64,000 bases of DNA from Hypanus sabinus (Eukaryota): the NCBI RefSeq assembly GCF_030144855.1, contig NC_082711.1:58838001-58902000 (forward strand). Direction: 5' to 3'. Shown here one piece after another: positions 34,641 to 48,148 of this stretch. Position 1 is the stretch's first letter. Every line of letters starts with the position of its first letter. The notes beneath the pieces are model-generated. The model ran no database searches. It had not been told where the DNA came from and was given only the letters and a program-made list of their open reading frames with translations. The position numbers and the translations under genes are program-made.

Positions 34641-37600
34641 ACCTTCTCTTGCTCTCCCTCAGTAATAATATTAATTGTAAATTCCAGTCCTTGGTATTGA
34701 ATAAAATGATCTTAATATATGTTTAGAATATTTTCAATCATCTAACTCACAAACAGCTCCAATACCCTTTTTGCTGTTTAGAAATCATTTTTTTATCTGT
34801 TTAGATTTTCCCCTCAACTAAAAAAGCCAGTTTTTATGGTTTTAATACACTGAGGTATTTCTATATCATAACAATGTGCTTGATTCCTTTGGTCTGCTCT
34901 CCACATTATAAGTGAATTCAATGGATATTCATGAATGGCACAAGGAGATAAGAAGCAATACACTACACTAAAATTGTCTTAAAATTAACATGTGGAGTTT
35001 TCAACAATTCTGTTTGACCTTATAAAACAAAAGGAATCAATGCTCTGCATTATGGGTAATTTTAGACAGTTCTGAGGAAAGAAAATCTTTCAGAGTTAAC
35101 ATCTGCTTTCATTTCATGATTGGAACTAAGCACACCCAGGCTTTTGTCCAACATACTCTGTTGATGACATATGGATACCTTAAAGAGATTGATGGTTATC
35201 TGTTTCATAAAACAAGTGGATGGGACTAATAATTGGATTTAACTTTTGTCAATTTATTGCAGCACACCACAAAACTAACTCCAAGAAGAACATTTCTTTG
35301 CAATAGGATATCATGCAGATTGGATCAAACAATATCTCCTGATATCATTTAAAAACACAAGTGAGAGAGGCAGAGAGAAAGTTTTTGGGAACAAGAATTA
35401 AGTTTTGAAGATGCACAGATTTATATAAGAACATTATTTGCCACTGAAAAGCAAATAATTCAAGGCACTTTACTACAGAGCCTTAATGCAAGTGTTGTGC
35501 TTTTAACAACAGAAGGGACCTCATTTCTACTGAGCATCATCAGAAATAATTTTGGAAATATCTGTGGATTTATTGCCGGCAAGTTGTTGCCAAATTCTTT
35601 TGCTGGTCCAAATAACTCAATATGAGCAATGTGCAGTGTTAGTGCTAGCTTGCCTTTATTATGAAAGTGATTTGCATTAATAAAGATTTGTACTCCATCT
35701 CTTTATATAATATTATAGCATAAATTCTTAATTATTATGTAAATATTGCATGAGAGACTAATGAAGAATCCTCTATGTATTCAACACTCCATGGTGCAGA
35801 TATGCCTGCATTTATATGGATTAGCATTAATGTGCTAAATATCCAAGGACTAAAGATCAAACAACAGTTTACAGTGGGGTACTAACAGCCAACAAACAAA
35901 CAACCACTCAAATCTGTTGACAAAACAAAATGCTCAGTATGACACTCTAAATGTAAAGTATGTAGAGGCTTCTTAAAACTGCCATAGCTTCAATTTATTC
36001 CCTTTCCAAAATCAAGTCCAGATTATTTCTTCCAGACTTTCCACCCCACACTCAGCATCTCATCTCATGCTTCGCTCTCAGGTCTTGTGAGCATTCTCTC
36101 AAAAATAATATTAATCAAAACTGGATATTTGAAGGTCTTCTCAAGTCTATGGTTATTCATTTACAACTTCTCCCTCCAGACCTTTTGCTCGTATTATTTA
36201 TGAAGCTCCATGAGATGCTTTATACATTTAAAAAGGGGCTGGATAAATACAAGCTGATGTTGAAAGGGATTTAAATAGAAACCTTTAACCGTGCGCGCAA
36301 ATCAGAATCAACTTTTTCCAGAGTCTGTCTACGTTCTGCATTTGGATATGGTTATTCTATATCTGGTTTATGTCACAATTTTAAGCCACATTTGAACTTG
36401 GCATTGTTTCGTTTCAATGCAAAACAAATAACATTTTAAGGACAGACTTTACATTATCTACAAAATGACTGCAACATATGATCCAAAGGCAACAGTAACA
36501 CACATGCAAAATATTTACTGTTGCAGTTAGAATTATGAAAAACAAATCAAAACACTTTATGGATGTTGCAACGTACTCTCATGTTCCTCACAAGATGGAA
36601 GCAGGCCATTTGGCCCATTGGGTCTATGCCAGCTCTTGGAGCATTCCAATCAGTCCAATTCCCCCACCTATTGTTCCCTCAAATGTTCATCAACTTCCCA
36701 TTTATTCTGCTATCACTCACTTATATTAAAGGCAGGTCAGAGCTGTCATTAAACATACCAACAAGTCGGTGCGATATGGGAGAAGACCATGTGGTCACAA
36801 TGAGCATGTGGAAACAGGAGGTGGTACAAGAGAACTTCAGGTGATGCTACTGTCTCCTAACTCTAGTAATGTAGCTCAGTCCTAACATTCGCTACTGGCT
36901 ACATGAAGTTTATACATTGGCTCAGTCATCCTGAGAATGGTAGGAGAAACAGGGCGAGGGGTGGCAGAGCTGATAAATAGACAAGAGAAAATAGGAGAAT
37001 GAAAGTGATCAGAATGTTCTGAATGGACTCCTTTTACGTCATTTATTTACTTAATTAGAAAATATGAGCAGCTAAGTTAGGATTGAACCCCGATTACTGG
37101 GCCTTTGCAGCAATAGCATTACCTGCTGTATGTATCACTATGTAGATCCTTAATTCAAAGCAGACATTTTAAATCATAACTGACAATATCTCCATACGAC
37201 CATATAGGATTTAATAACACAATGGACATGAGGCATAAGATAGTTAGTGTCTGAGTACAAAAACATGGGCAATAATCTTGCGCAGAAATTGCATATTTTT
37301 GCTAGGAAAAACTGTTAAATTAGATTAATTGTAATAAAAGTGGTATGCCTATTTCAACTTTAAAAATATTGGCCAGTCTCCATACTAACACTAATCTCTG
37401 CCTTCCTGCTTATTGAAACAAGTTTATCTCAGTTCATGAATCACAAGACTCAAAGTGATTAAACACTGCAGATTATGGTCATGAATTCCTAAACATGATG
37501 TAAGAATGAGGTCACCAACAGTATGGGGCAGTTTGATCTTTTTGAGTAAAAGCTAGCAACAATGTGAGTATAGAGAGAGCAAGGGAGGACAATTTAAGGA

Positions 37601-38421
37601 GGGGAATATATTAAGTGATGAGGGGGAAGAGGATTTAAGGATGTTCTTAGCTTTAAAATAAGAATATGTCTAAGATTTTCTCCACAGATACACATCCAGG
37701 TGGGCCATTATATACATTTTAATGTTTTGTGAATTAAATTTCCAGGTTTTTAACCCCTTGTGAAAAAATGACTTTGATAATGTTGGTGTTAAAGCCTGAT
37801 ATTTTAAAAATCAGTATTTAAAATGGATACATTGTTGGTTTTAAAAAATATACTGCCAAGGAAAACTACTCAAACCAAATTAATGATAAAAACTGATCGC
37901 TGAAGTCAGTCTACTAGAAGTCAAGTGTGGTTATTTCCTACCACAGTTATGGAATGGCAAAATACTGAAAATCTATATTGAAAATCTATACTGTCAAACC
38001 AGATGTGACGAGCTTAAACTTATTCTTAGTTAGTGAATTGAAACAAACCACAAACATGATTTAGGTAACAATTAGGATGTTAAATATTTCATAAATATTT
38101 GAAATTAATTACCAAAGAAGGCCAACAATAATTGGACCAATACAGCTTGCACAAAGTAAAGCAACTATTTATGTTCCCCTTCCCCATCACCTTTCTATTA
38201 AATTACCAATGTGATAAAATAGGAAGGAGGTGGAATTTGTAGAGAGGGTGCAGAGGATGGTACCTGGACTAGAGAACATGTCTTATGAGGATAAGATGTG
38301 CAAGTTAGGGGTTTTTTTGTTTTGAAGTAAAAAAGGATGAGAAGAGACTTGATAAAGGTGTAGCCAGCAACTTTCTCTCAGGGCAGTAATGTCTAATACC
38401 AGAGGGCATAATTTTAAAGTG

Positions 38422-39440
38422 AATCAGAATCAAGTTTAACATCACTGGCAAATGATGTGAAATTTGTTGTTTTGCAGCAGGGCAGTACATAATAGTTTTT
38501 TTTTAAAAAAACTACAAATTATCATAAGCAAATATGTTAAAAATTACATAATTAGTGTAAAAAGAGAGCTAAGAGCAAAAATAATAATAAATTATGGGTT
38601 AGTGCAAGTGCACATTGTCCATTCAGAATTCTGATGGCAGAGGGGAAGAAGCTGTCTCTAAAATCATTGAGTGTGTACCCTTGGGTTCCTGTACCTCCTC
38701 CCTGAAGGTAGTAATGAGACGAGGGTATGCCCTGGATGGTGAGGATCCTTAATGATGGACGCAGCCTTTTTGAGGCATTGCCTTTTTAAGAGGTCCTCAA
38801 TGCTGGAGAGTCTAGAGCCCATGATGGAGCTGGCCAAGTTTGCAAGTTTCTGTCACTTTTTCAGACCTTATGCAGTGGCCACTCCATACCTGATGGCGAT
38901 GTAACCAATTAAAATGTTCTCTACAAGTATCTCGGTAGAAATATGCACAGGTCTTTCCAAGTCTCCTCAAATTCCAAATAAAATGCAGCCACTGCATGCC
39001 TTCTTTGTAATTGCATCGATATGCTGGGCCCAGGATAGATCTCACAGTTGTTGACACCTAGGAACTTGAAACTGCTCACCCTTTCCACTACTGATTCCTC
39101 AGTAAGGACTGTTGTGTGTTCCCTCGATTTCCCCTTCCTGAAGTCCACAATCAATTCTTGGTCTTACTGACGCTGAGTGCAAGGTTGCTGTTGCAACACA
39201 ACTCAACCACCTGACCTGTCTCACTCCTGTACAACTCCTGGTCACCACCTGAAATTCTACCAACAGCAGCTGTGTCATTAGCAAATTTATAGATGGCGTT
39301 TGAGCTGTGCCTGAGTGTAGAGAGAGTAGAGCAGAGCATGCATCCTTGAGGTGTGCTAGTATTGACTGTCAACTGGAAGATGATGTTATTTCCTGTGCGC
39401 ACTGACTGTGGTCGCCCAATGAGAAAGTCAAGGATGAATG
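38422..39440 (-). mobile_element. Rex1/Babar LINE fragment inserted into a CR1
   Basis: ILDFLIGRPQSVR...PQGC...KFANDTAAVG...FKFLGVN. CR1 sequence continues on both sides (38210-38420 and 39470-39630). Confidence 0.88.
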
Positions 39441-40449
39441 GAGGAAAGTATGGGGGGGGGGGGGTGTCAGAGGTAGATTTATTTTTCACCCCCCTAGAGA
39501 GTGGTAGATGGGTGGAATTTTCGTAGGGACATTAAGAGAAACTTATATAGGCAGAGAAATGAAGGGCTATGTAGGAAGGTTACACTGATCTTGGAGTAGG
39601 TTGAAGGGCTGCATGTTCAATGTTCTACATTCTAAAATGGACACAAACAAAATGAACGCAAGAGATATCATTTTTAAAGGAACACGCAGTATCTAAATCC
39701 ACTTGAGCCAGTCAAATTCATGCACTTATTACTTGCACTATTCAGATTATAGCAGGATGAAACCTGTTTAATAACCTAACTGATGACAGGATGCAAAATG
39801 TTTTCAGGACAAGTTCACACTACAGTGAGGAGACTGGATATACGACTGGTCTTTCATTATAGGTGAACATTTGCAGGTTTACTTTTCCTTAGGGTCATGG
39901 CCATGGTTGGGGAAGCATTAATGTTTATAATTAGCGTAATATTTAATATCATGTGGCATTTACTCAAAATCCAGTAATGAGCGGTTTAAAAACAAATTGA
40001 ATTTGTTAAGCCATATTAATTTATTTATTTCTGGCCACCCAGCAACACCTGACAACAGAACAATTTACAATGACCAAGAAACTTACAACCAGCACATCCT
40101 TGGACTAAGAGAGCAAACTGAAGCACCCAGAAGAAACTCACATGGTAACAGGGAGAACTACCAACTCCTTACAGGCAGTAACTGGAATTGAACCCACCAC
40201 CGTGCTGCCCAGTTACTGGAAATTTCTCAACACAGAGTTGTCATCTTTAAAGTAATTAATCCACTTCATGAGTTTACACAGCTTTACTTAGGTAACCAAT
40301 AGATTTAGAAAAGATTTCTTAAGTAAATAAGAAAATGGATGTAGTCAGTATGGTAGACATGGTTTTCGTGGATTTCAGTGTGTCTTCTGATCCATGTGGT
40401 AGGCTGGTGTAGAAAGAAGGCACAAAAATCTGATACATTTTCAAACAGA

Positions 40450-41050
40450 ATAAGGTTTAATCTCACTGCCTTACACGATGACCAAAATTGTTGCTTTGTG
40501 TCAGCCCTACAGTGCAAAGGCAAACATTACTGTAAAGTACAAATACTGTAGTCCAAAAAACAATAATGAGGTAGTGCTCATAGACCAGTCAGAAATCTAA
40601 TGGTGGAGGGGAAGCAGCTGTTCTAATTCACTGAGTGAGGGTCTTTATCCTCTTGTACCTTCCCGTGGATGGAAATAATGAGAAGAGAGCATGTCCTGGT
40701 GAGGGCCCTCAGTGATGGACGCCACTTTCTTGAGGCACCATGGAAGGATTTTGGCCACGATGGAGCTGGTTAAGTCCACCTTCTGTAGCCTTTTGCAATT
40801 CTGTGCATTGGTGACAAGCCAAATCTCAAACTTGTCAGGAATTGGAGCTGCTGGCATGCCTCCTTTGTGACTGCATCAATCTGTTGAGCCCAGGACAGAT
40901 CCTCTGCGATGTTGATGCCCAAGAACTTAAAGTTGCTCATCCTTTCCACCACTGACACCTCAAAGAGGACTCATGTACATTCTCCTTACTTCCCCATCCT
41001 GAAGTCCACCATCAATTCTTTGGTCTTCCTGACAGTGCAAGGTTATTGTT
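40450..41050 (-). mobile_element. Rex1/Babar LINE 3' fragment
   Basis: VERMSNFKFLGINIAEDLSWAQQID. Confidence 0.85.
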
Positions 41051-41239
41051 GAATTTATCTCATTCTAGTATGCCACCTTGGCACTATCTGAGGCAATTCC
41101 CTGCTCCCTGCAGACCCACTCATTATGTCTATTATAATACCTCAATGCACTGTGTAATGGGTTGATCGGTATGAACAAACCACAAGACAAGGTTTTCACT
41201 GTATCACAGTACCTGCGACAATAATAAACCAATACCAGT

Positions 41240-42160
41240 TTGGGCAATATTGGCTTGACAATAAGAGGCAGAGTGCATCAGTGGATAGGGTTTTTCCTGA
41301 CTCAAGGCGCATCACAAGTAGGGTAGTACAGGGATTGGTTCTGGGACCTTAGTTGTTTGTGCTAAGATCAGGATCAAGTTTACTATCATCAGCATATATC
41401 GTGAAATTCATTGATTTGCGGCATAATAATAAATTCTGCAAACTACTGATCCTTAATGATGGATGCTGCCTTTTTGAGGCATTGCTACTTAAAGCAGTTG
41501 TGGATGCTGGGGAGTCTAATGCCCATGAGAGATCTGACTGAGTCCTCAACTTCCTGCAGCTTATTTTGACCCTGTGCGATGGCCCTCCTCCCCACCCCCA
41601 CACCAGACAGTGATGAAGCCCGTTAGAATGCTCTCCATGATACATCTTGTACCTTTGTACCAACGTCCTGGATAAGAATGTAGACAACCTGATTAGTGAG
41701 CTTGCACAAAAAAATTACGGAGTTGTAGGTAACCAAGCAGTCTAAGAATATTTGACACATACTGTACATCAGTGGGAAAGCTGGGAGGAACAGTGGCAGC
41801 TGGAATTTAATCTAGACATGTGAGGTAATGCATTTCGGGATGTCAAATTCTGGATGAACATACAGATTAAAAGGCAGGATCCTTAGAAACATTGATCTAT
41901 GCAGGGCCCTTGGTGTGCAAGTCCTCAGCTCACTGAAAGTGGTGACACAGGTGGATAGGATAGTGAAAGTGACCTTTGGTATGCTTGCTATCATAGGCTG
42001 GAGCATTGAGGATAAGAGATGGAACATTATGTTGTAGCAGTATCAAACATTGGTTAAGTTGCTCTTGGAATATTATGTACAAAGCTTACTATGGGAATCC
42101 TTGTGGCCACACCCCTCAATGATAAGTATACCTCTTTGGATACTGTTAGGGGACGACCTA
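41240..42160 (+). mobile_element. CR1 LINE RT fragment split by a Rex/Babar insertion
   Basis: GVVQGLVLG-like sequence, ...gaatttaatctagacatgtgaggtaatgcatttcgg...gtggtgacacaggtggatagg. Confidence 0.75.
41365..41650 (-). mobile_element. Rex1/Babar LINE fragment, internally deleted, inside a CR1
   Basis: ccagacagtgatgaagcccgttagaatgctctccatg and the family 3' tail. Confidence 0.7.
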
Positions 42161-43230
42161 GCTTTGCTCTGAGAAGACGGTACATACTATACACATGGGT
42201 ATAAACTTATGGCATATTGCTTTCTTTCTTTTTTAACCAGGTGTTTTATAGTTGTTGCACTTTGAAAAACAATTAAATTAAACTCTAGCAATTTATATCA
42301 TAACATTTTAAATACAACTGGATTTTCAACTTTTCACATTCATCTACCAGCACTTTGGCATAGATGCAGTTAACATTGATAAATAATAATATGTTTCCTG
42401 AATATGCTGCTGCCAAAAGTTCATAAAGTTCAACAAATTCCCATAACATTAATACACATTTTCCTGGGAACTAAAAATGACGTAATGGAAATTCTCACTT
42501 CATAAAATATAACACTGAAAATCTTTTGTATTCAAGATATTCATTAATATGCCAAGACAACCAGAGATGTTTCACCATCCTTACTGACACAAATACACAA
42601 AACAATATGTACTGTAGTTTGATGGGGCTATGTACCACAGAAGAATTAATTTTTGGGTAAAATTATGTAAATTACATCAGGGCTTCAATGATCCAGAAAT
42701 TATTTGGAGACTCTCATTCTTATGTTTAGAGCCTAGTAGTTAGATTCTGGTTCATTAGAAAAAGATAACATCTTCCCAAGCCTGACAGAATTTCCTGGAG
42801 ATGTTCACTAATTTAGCACAAATAATATTAGACATTCAAAAACATTAGTGAGTTCTAGTCAAATTAAGTTTCAATATTGTGGTAGTTGGCAAATTAAAGG
42901 AATTGTTGGCCTCTCAGAAATAAAAGCCTGAAATACTCCTTTTTTTTATATAAAACTCATTCATACCACTTTTCTCTATCTAACATGCAACCAATATTCT
43001 CGTAAGTATATTTGTACTGTGCTTCTTCATTAACAATTTCTGGAACAATTATTTATCATGTTGAGTTGCATCCAGCTTCCCACTCTAAAATTGTTTCCAA
43101 CATTACGTGGTCAGCAATCCTCTTGGTTCATTTTCTGATAATACTGACTATGCAGCACTTATACTGAATTAAAAATAAATTCTCTAAACCACTCTACTAA
43201 AGAAAAAAATGATAAAATGTAAATCTATAA

Positions 43231-43571
43231 CAGGGGTGTCAAACTCATTTTAGGTCACGGGCCGGATTGGGCAAAATGCAGCTTCATGCGGGACGGATCA
43301 GTCGGGCGCATGCGAACGCAGCTTTCATTGCCTCCGTTTTTTCAGCCTGTTCTCATGTGTCTCAGTCTCTGCTATAACTACAAAGTGTTTCACTTCACAA
43401 ATTCCGTTTCTTATGAAGAAGACTGCTGAGCAAGCATTATTTTTATGATTGGTATTAACTTACAATCATAGGCTTCATATCGCCGGGCCATTAATAATTA
43501 AAATAATAGATCTATTTAAAATGATCTCGCGGGCCGGATATGGCCCGCGGGCCTTGAGTTTGACACCTATG
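43231..43571. mobile_element. hAT (Charlie-like) MITE
   Basis: TIRs CAGGGGTGTCAAACTCA and TGAGTTTGACACCTATG (15/17 match). Perfect 8-bp TSD ATCTATAA (43223-43230 and 43572-43579). Subterminal GGGCCG repeats. Confidence 0.93.
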
Positions 43572-43749
43572 ATCTATAAGAATGGGCAAAAGTAACAAAT
43601 GAGTGAAAAATTGGTTATGAAAACATATAAAGTAATTTAAAAATTTTTGAATGGAAGTGGAAGACTACAGGGGAAATGTTTTAAATAAAGATAACTCTAC
43701 ATGCTGTTTTTAATGGCAAGGCATGAGCACAGAAGGATGGAAGAGGGGA

Positions 43750-44110
43750 TATGAACACTAAAATCTTCAATTTCCAGTAATATCTCTTCCCTCCCTATCG
43801 CTTTTTCCATTCCTCATTCTAGTTCCCCTCTCACCCTTTCTCTATTCTTCACCAGCCCATCAACTCCCTCCCATTCCCCTCCTCCTTCACTTTCTTCTGT
43901 GATCCACTGTCCTCTCTTATCAGATTCCTTCTTCTTCAGCCATCTGCTTTACCAATTCCAGCTATCTCCTCCCAGCTTCATTCCCCACCCCACCCACCCA
44001 CCTTCTGCCTCACCCATCACTTGCCAGCTTGAACTCCTTCTCTTACCCCAACCTTCTTATTCTGGTTTTCTTTCCAGTCCCGATAAAGATCTTGGTCTGA
44101 AACGTTAGCT
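43750..44110 (+). mobile_element. Penelope 3' fragment
   Basis: Degenerate ORF end DMNTKIFNFQ*, a pyrimidine-rich UTR, and a terminal CAGTC-CCGATAA-AGATCTTGGTCT-GAAACGTT hammerhead relic. Confidence 0.75.
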
Positions 44111-44209
44111 TGATCCCCAAGATATTGATTAATATTTCCTCTGGCCCCTCAGCACCAATAACATTGAGAACTGTTCCTGAAGAGAGTCTGACCAATGGAT
44201 TGGGAAGGA

Positions 44210-44495
44210 CAAAAAGAAAATACTATGAGCACTCAACACATCAGGCAGCATCTGTGGAAAGAGAAACAGCATTAATGTATCATGTAAACCATCCTTCATC
44301 AGAAGATCCCAGTCTTTCTTTCCACTATTGTCGTTGAAATTGCTGAGCGTTTCCAATTCTTATTTCAGGATTTACAGCATTGGTAGATTTTGATTTTTGA
44401 TAGCATACAACCTACTACTTCAACAGGCCAGGCACCATCCATAGATGCAGCCTGACCTGCTGAAATCCTTCACCACTTTGCACGTGTTACTCTAG
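44210..44495. mobile_element. Old Penelope-end fold-back fragments
   Basis: aggcagcatctgtggaaagag...ttgctgagcgtttcc...atttacagcat and catagatgcagcctgacctgctg occur in opposing orientations. Confidence 0.6.
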
Positions 44496-46019
44496 CTTAT
44501 GCCATCAGTTATTTCTGTGTAAAGAAGCTAGGGGAATCATGGACAGAACATACTGGTAGCAGGTAAAAGGTCTCTCTGCCCATGCAGATTTTAAAATTAT
44601 TCTCTCAAAAATCTGTCCAGTTAAGTGTTGTGTGGATGACTTCACTGATACATCACTAGGTTTCTAAAATAAGCAATATGATGCAATGGTCTGATCATTT
44701 TACAGGACAGTACTTTTTATAGTTAGAGAAAGCCAGAGAGTAAAACGACTTCAGCTAGTTCCGTCAGCATTAGACGTCAGTTCCCTCATTCCGTTCACAC
44801 ACAGCAAACACTGCATTGTCCGGTGGACGCATGGTGACTGGCATTCACGAAGAAGTTTTAACCACAGGTAGTACTAAATTCAGCCACTACTTAACTGTAG
44901 AGCATCCTTCTTGAAAGTAGCGACCACCCTTTGATCACAAGGCAAATGTTACTAAGAGAGACCAAAAAGCCCACTGGTTAATCCATCTCATGTTTCTATG
45001 GAAACCTATAAATCCACCATATCAAACTGCTTCCACAGATTTTTACCATTAAAATATACTGTGCCAGGCAACAAAGTTTATGCATAAATAAATTTAACTT
45101 TAGTTGTGACCTCTAAATCTTGCAGCAGTGTGTAATTTGAAATAATTCTTTAATTCAGCATTTTAAGCACCTTTGCAGCCCTCCTCTTGTAAATCTATTG
45201 ACCAGACTATGCTGGGAAATACCAGTAATTCTGCAGTGAACTACTGGCACACTGCCCCAATTTCAGTTGACCTTCAGGCAAAATGCAGTGGGCTCTGCTG
45301 GTGATTTCCTGGCTGCATTCTTCAGAGATGGACTCTGCGTGAAGTCAAGTAATGGAAGACTAAACTTACTGAGTTCTCCAATGCTTTTGCTTAAAGAAAC
45401 TGCACCAGGTTAGATTTGGCACAGGAGCTGTCAGCTATGGGCATTTTATGGCTTTGAGGATAAAATAATAAGGCCAGTTACAAGTTCTAGTTGCTTCCGT
45501 GCTTTCTTTTCTTCATAAATCAGTAAATGACATGATTTTTATGTTTTTTTCTCCAATAATGCCAGGGCCATTGAAAAGCCTTAAAGAAATGTTTAGCCTC
45601 TGCCAAATTTGTTTTTGTTGATGTGGCTTGTCTTGGTTCTTCTAAGCAATTGAATTGCATGGTCTTCCCATAACACATTGCTTTGCCAGATCTGTCCTTA
45701 TGGTTCATCCTACAAGTTCAACTATTTCCTACTGGACAGCTTAAGTGTGTGGCCTCAGTGGCAGCTACAGATAGCAGACTGCTTTCAGCAAGATTTGAGC
45801 CAACGTGTAAATCTTACTTGTAAGATGACATTTTCCTAATTTTTCCTCGCACTTGCCTGACAACCTCATTTCCTTTAGTAATGATCACAAGATTCACCCC
45901 TGCACATAGGTGTTAAGAACTAAAAATAAAATTATATATGCAGTCTAAATTTCATCACGAGTTTTGGTGCTAAAGTTTTCTTTTATAATTGATGTTTTGC
46001 ATGAGTCCATGTACAACTA

Positions 46020-46690
46020 AAATTTCAAAATTCAAAGCACGTACACAACCTTGAGATTAGTCTTCTTGCATGGAGCCACAAAAATAAAGAAACACAATAG
46101 AACCCATTATAAAAAACCCTATACAACAAAAACTATCAAGCACTCAATCTGTAAAAAAAAGAACAAATCGTGCAAACAATAAAAAAGTAAGCAAACAACA
46201 AAAACACACATAGGATGAACCGCAGAGACCCCGAAAACAAGGTCACAGCCACAGAGCCAGGCAAACACCGAGGCAAGTGAAGCTGGTCCAGGAGCCTGAT
46301 GGCCCCACACATGATGGTGTGGGACCCAGGACTCCTACACAGCAGTCGCGAGAAGAGAGGGAAACCGGTCAAATGCTAGCAGATGGCACTGAGCACCTGT
46401 TCATTTTCCGCTCTCGTTCTCAAGGATTTTAAATCTTGCTTGATGCTTTAATTGGCGCAGAGTAACGGAGCCGACCATGGATTTGCATTCCGCCGTTAGG
46501 AATCGATGCAGCCACCTCCAGCGATGGCCAACCCAGCCATACCTGCGACTCTCTGATCTCATCATCACTGAATCCCCCAGGAAATCGCAAAAGCATTAGA
46601 TTGTTCAGTCAGCTCATAAGTACATCCTTAAAAGGGAAGTTATAAGCTGCGATTGCTCACAGTTCAGAAGAAGTAGTATATTTAGAAGAA
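46020..46690 (-). mobile_element. Non-autonomous repeat with a Rex/Babar-type tail; a relative lies at 24850-24950 and 26670-27300
   Basis: Shared blocks gagatt.gtcttcttgca..gccacaaaa..aagaaacacaatag, aaaactatcaa.cac and ccgaggcaagtgaagct.gtc occur in both copies. Confidence 0.65.
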
Positions 46691-46699
46691 GAATATCTA

Positions 46700-47715
46700 G
46701 TTGACTGGTGGTGTGCCACAGGAATCGGTGCTGGGTCCTTTGTTCTTTGTCATCTATATCAATGAATTGGATGATACTGTGATTAACTGGATCAGCAAAT
46801 TTGCGATGACACCAAGATTGGAGTGTAGTGGACAGCGAGGAAGGCTATCGTGGTTTGCAGTGGAATCTGGACCAGCTGGAAAAATGGGCTGAAAAATGGC
46901 AGATGGAATTTAACGTAGACAAGTGCGAGATGTTGCATTTCCGTAAGACCTAGCAGGGTAGGTCTCACACAGTGAACTGTAGGCACTGAGGAGTGTGGTA
47001 GAACAAAGGTAACTGGGAATACAGATACTTACTCCATTGAAAATGGTGTCATGTATAGATAGGGTTGTAAAGAAAGCTTTTGGCACATTGGCCTTCGTAA
47101 ATCAATGCATTGAGTACAGAAGACGGAATGTTATGATGAAGTTGTACAAGACGTTGGTGAGGCCTAATTTGGAGTATTATGTGCAGTTTTGGTCACCTAC
47201 CTACAGGAAATATATAAACAAGGTTGAAAGAGTGCAGACAAAATTTACAAAAATGATGCTGGGCCTGGAGGACCTGAGTTATAAGGAAAGATTGAGTAGG
47301 TTAGGACTGCATTCCAGAACACAGAAGGTTGAGAGGAGATTTGATAGAAGTATACAAAATTATAAAGGGTATAGATTGGATAAATGCAAGCTAGCTTTTT
47401 CCACTGAGCTTGGATGGGACTACAACCAGAGGTCATGGCTTAAGGGTGACAGGTGAGAAGTTTAAGGGAAACACAAGGGGAAAGTTCTTCACTCAGAGGG
47501 TCATGAGAGTATGGAATGAGCTGCCAGCAGAAATGGAGCACGCAAGCTTGAATTCAACGTTTAAGGGAAGCTTGGATAGGTATGTGGATAATAGGGATAT
47601 GGAGGGCTAAGGTCCCAGTGCGGGTTGATGAGAGTAGGCAGTTTAAATAGTTTTAGCATGGAATAGATAGGCTGAAAGGCCTGTTTCTGTGCAGTACTAC
47701 TTTATGACTCTGTGA
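46700..47715 (+). mobile_element. CR1 LINE 3' ~1 kb (RT C-terminus plus UTR)
   Basis: GVPQESVLGPLFFVIYINELD...ISKFA...LYKTLVRPNLEYYVQFWSP...TRGH...FFTQRVMRVWNELP. Confidence 0.92.
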
Positions 47716-47719
47716 TTGC

Positions 47720-48148
47720 TGATATCTGCAAATTCTTCGTAGCTCGGAACTTGCTGAAGTAGTAAAATCATTTAATTTTCACTTCAAGCCGTTTCTGGCA
47801 TCTCCAAACCTTAATACTTGAAACTGTAGTGAGCAAAACAGTTCCAAATTGTCTTATGGCTTATTTCTTGTCAACTATCAATGACAAAAATCACTGTTTC
47901 TTTGAACACACACACAACTGATGCTATTTAAAAACTGTTTGCTCTAACCATAACAACCATAGCCAGTGTGTCTAACAGCCACACAGGTGCACACAACCAA
48001 CACTAGTTAGAAACTTCAGCAAGTCTTCAATCCCAAAAACAGGAAGGGAATCAAGGGTATTTTCTCGATTGCGTTGTGTTCTTTAAGAGTTGTCCCAAAT
48101 AACTGACTGCCCTGATTAACTGATGGCCCAGTTAATTGAAATCTACTG
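47720..48148. mobile_element. TcMar-Tigger-like fragment
   Basis: Ends ...TTGTCCCAAATAAC...GCCCAGTTAATTGAAATCTACTG followed by TA. Only one end is recognisable. Confidence 0.5.
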
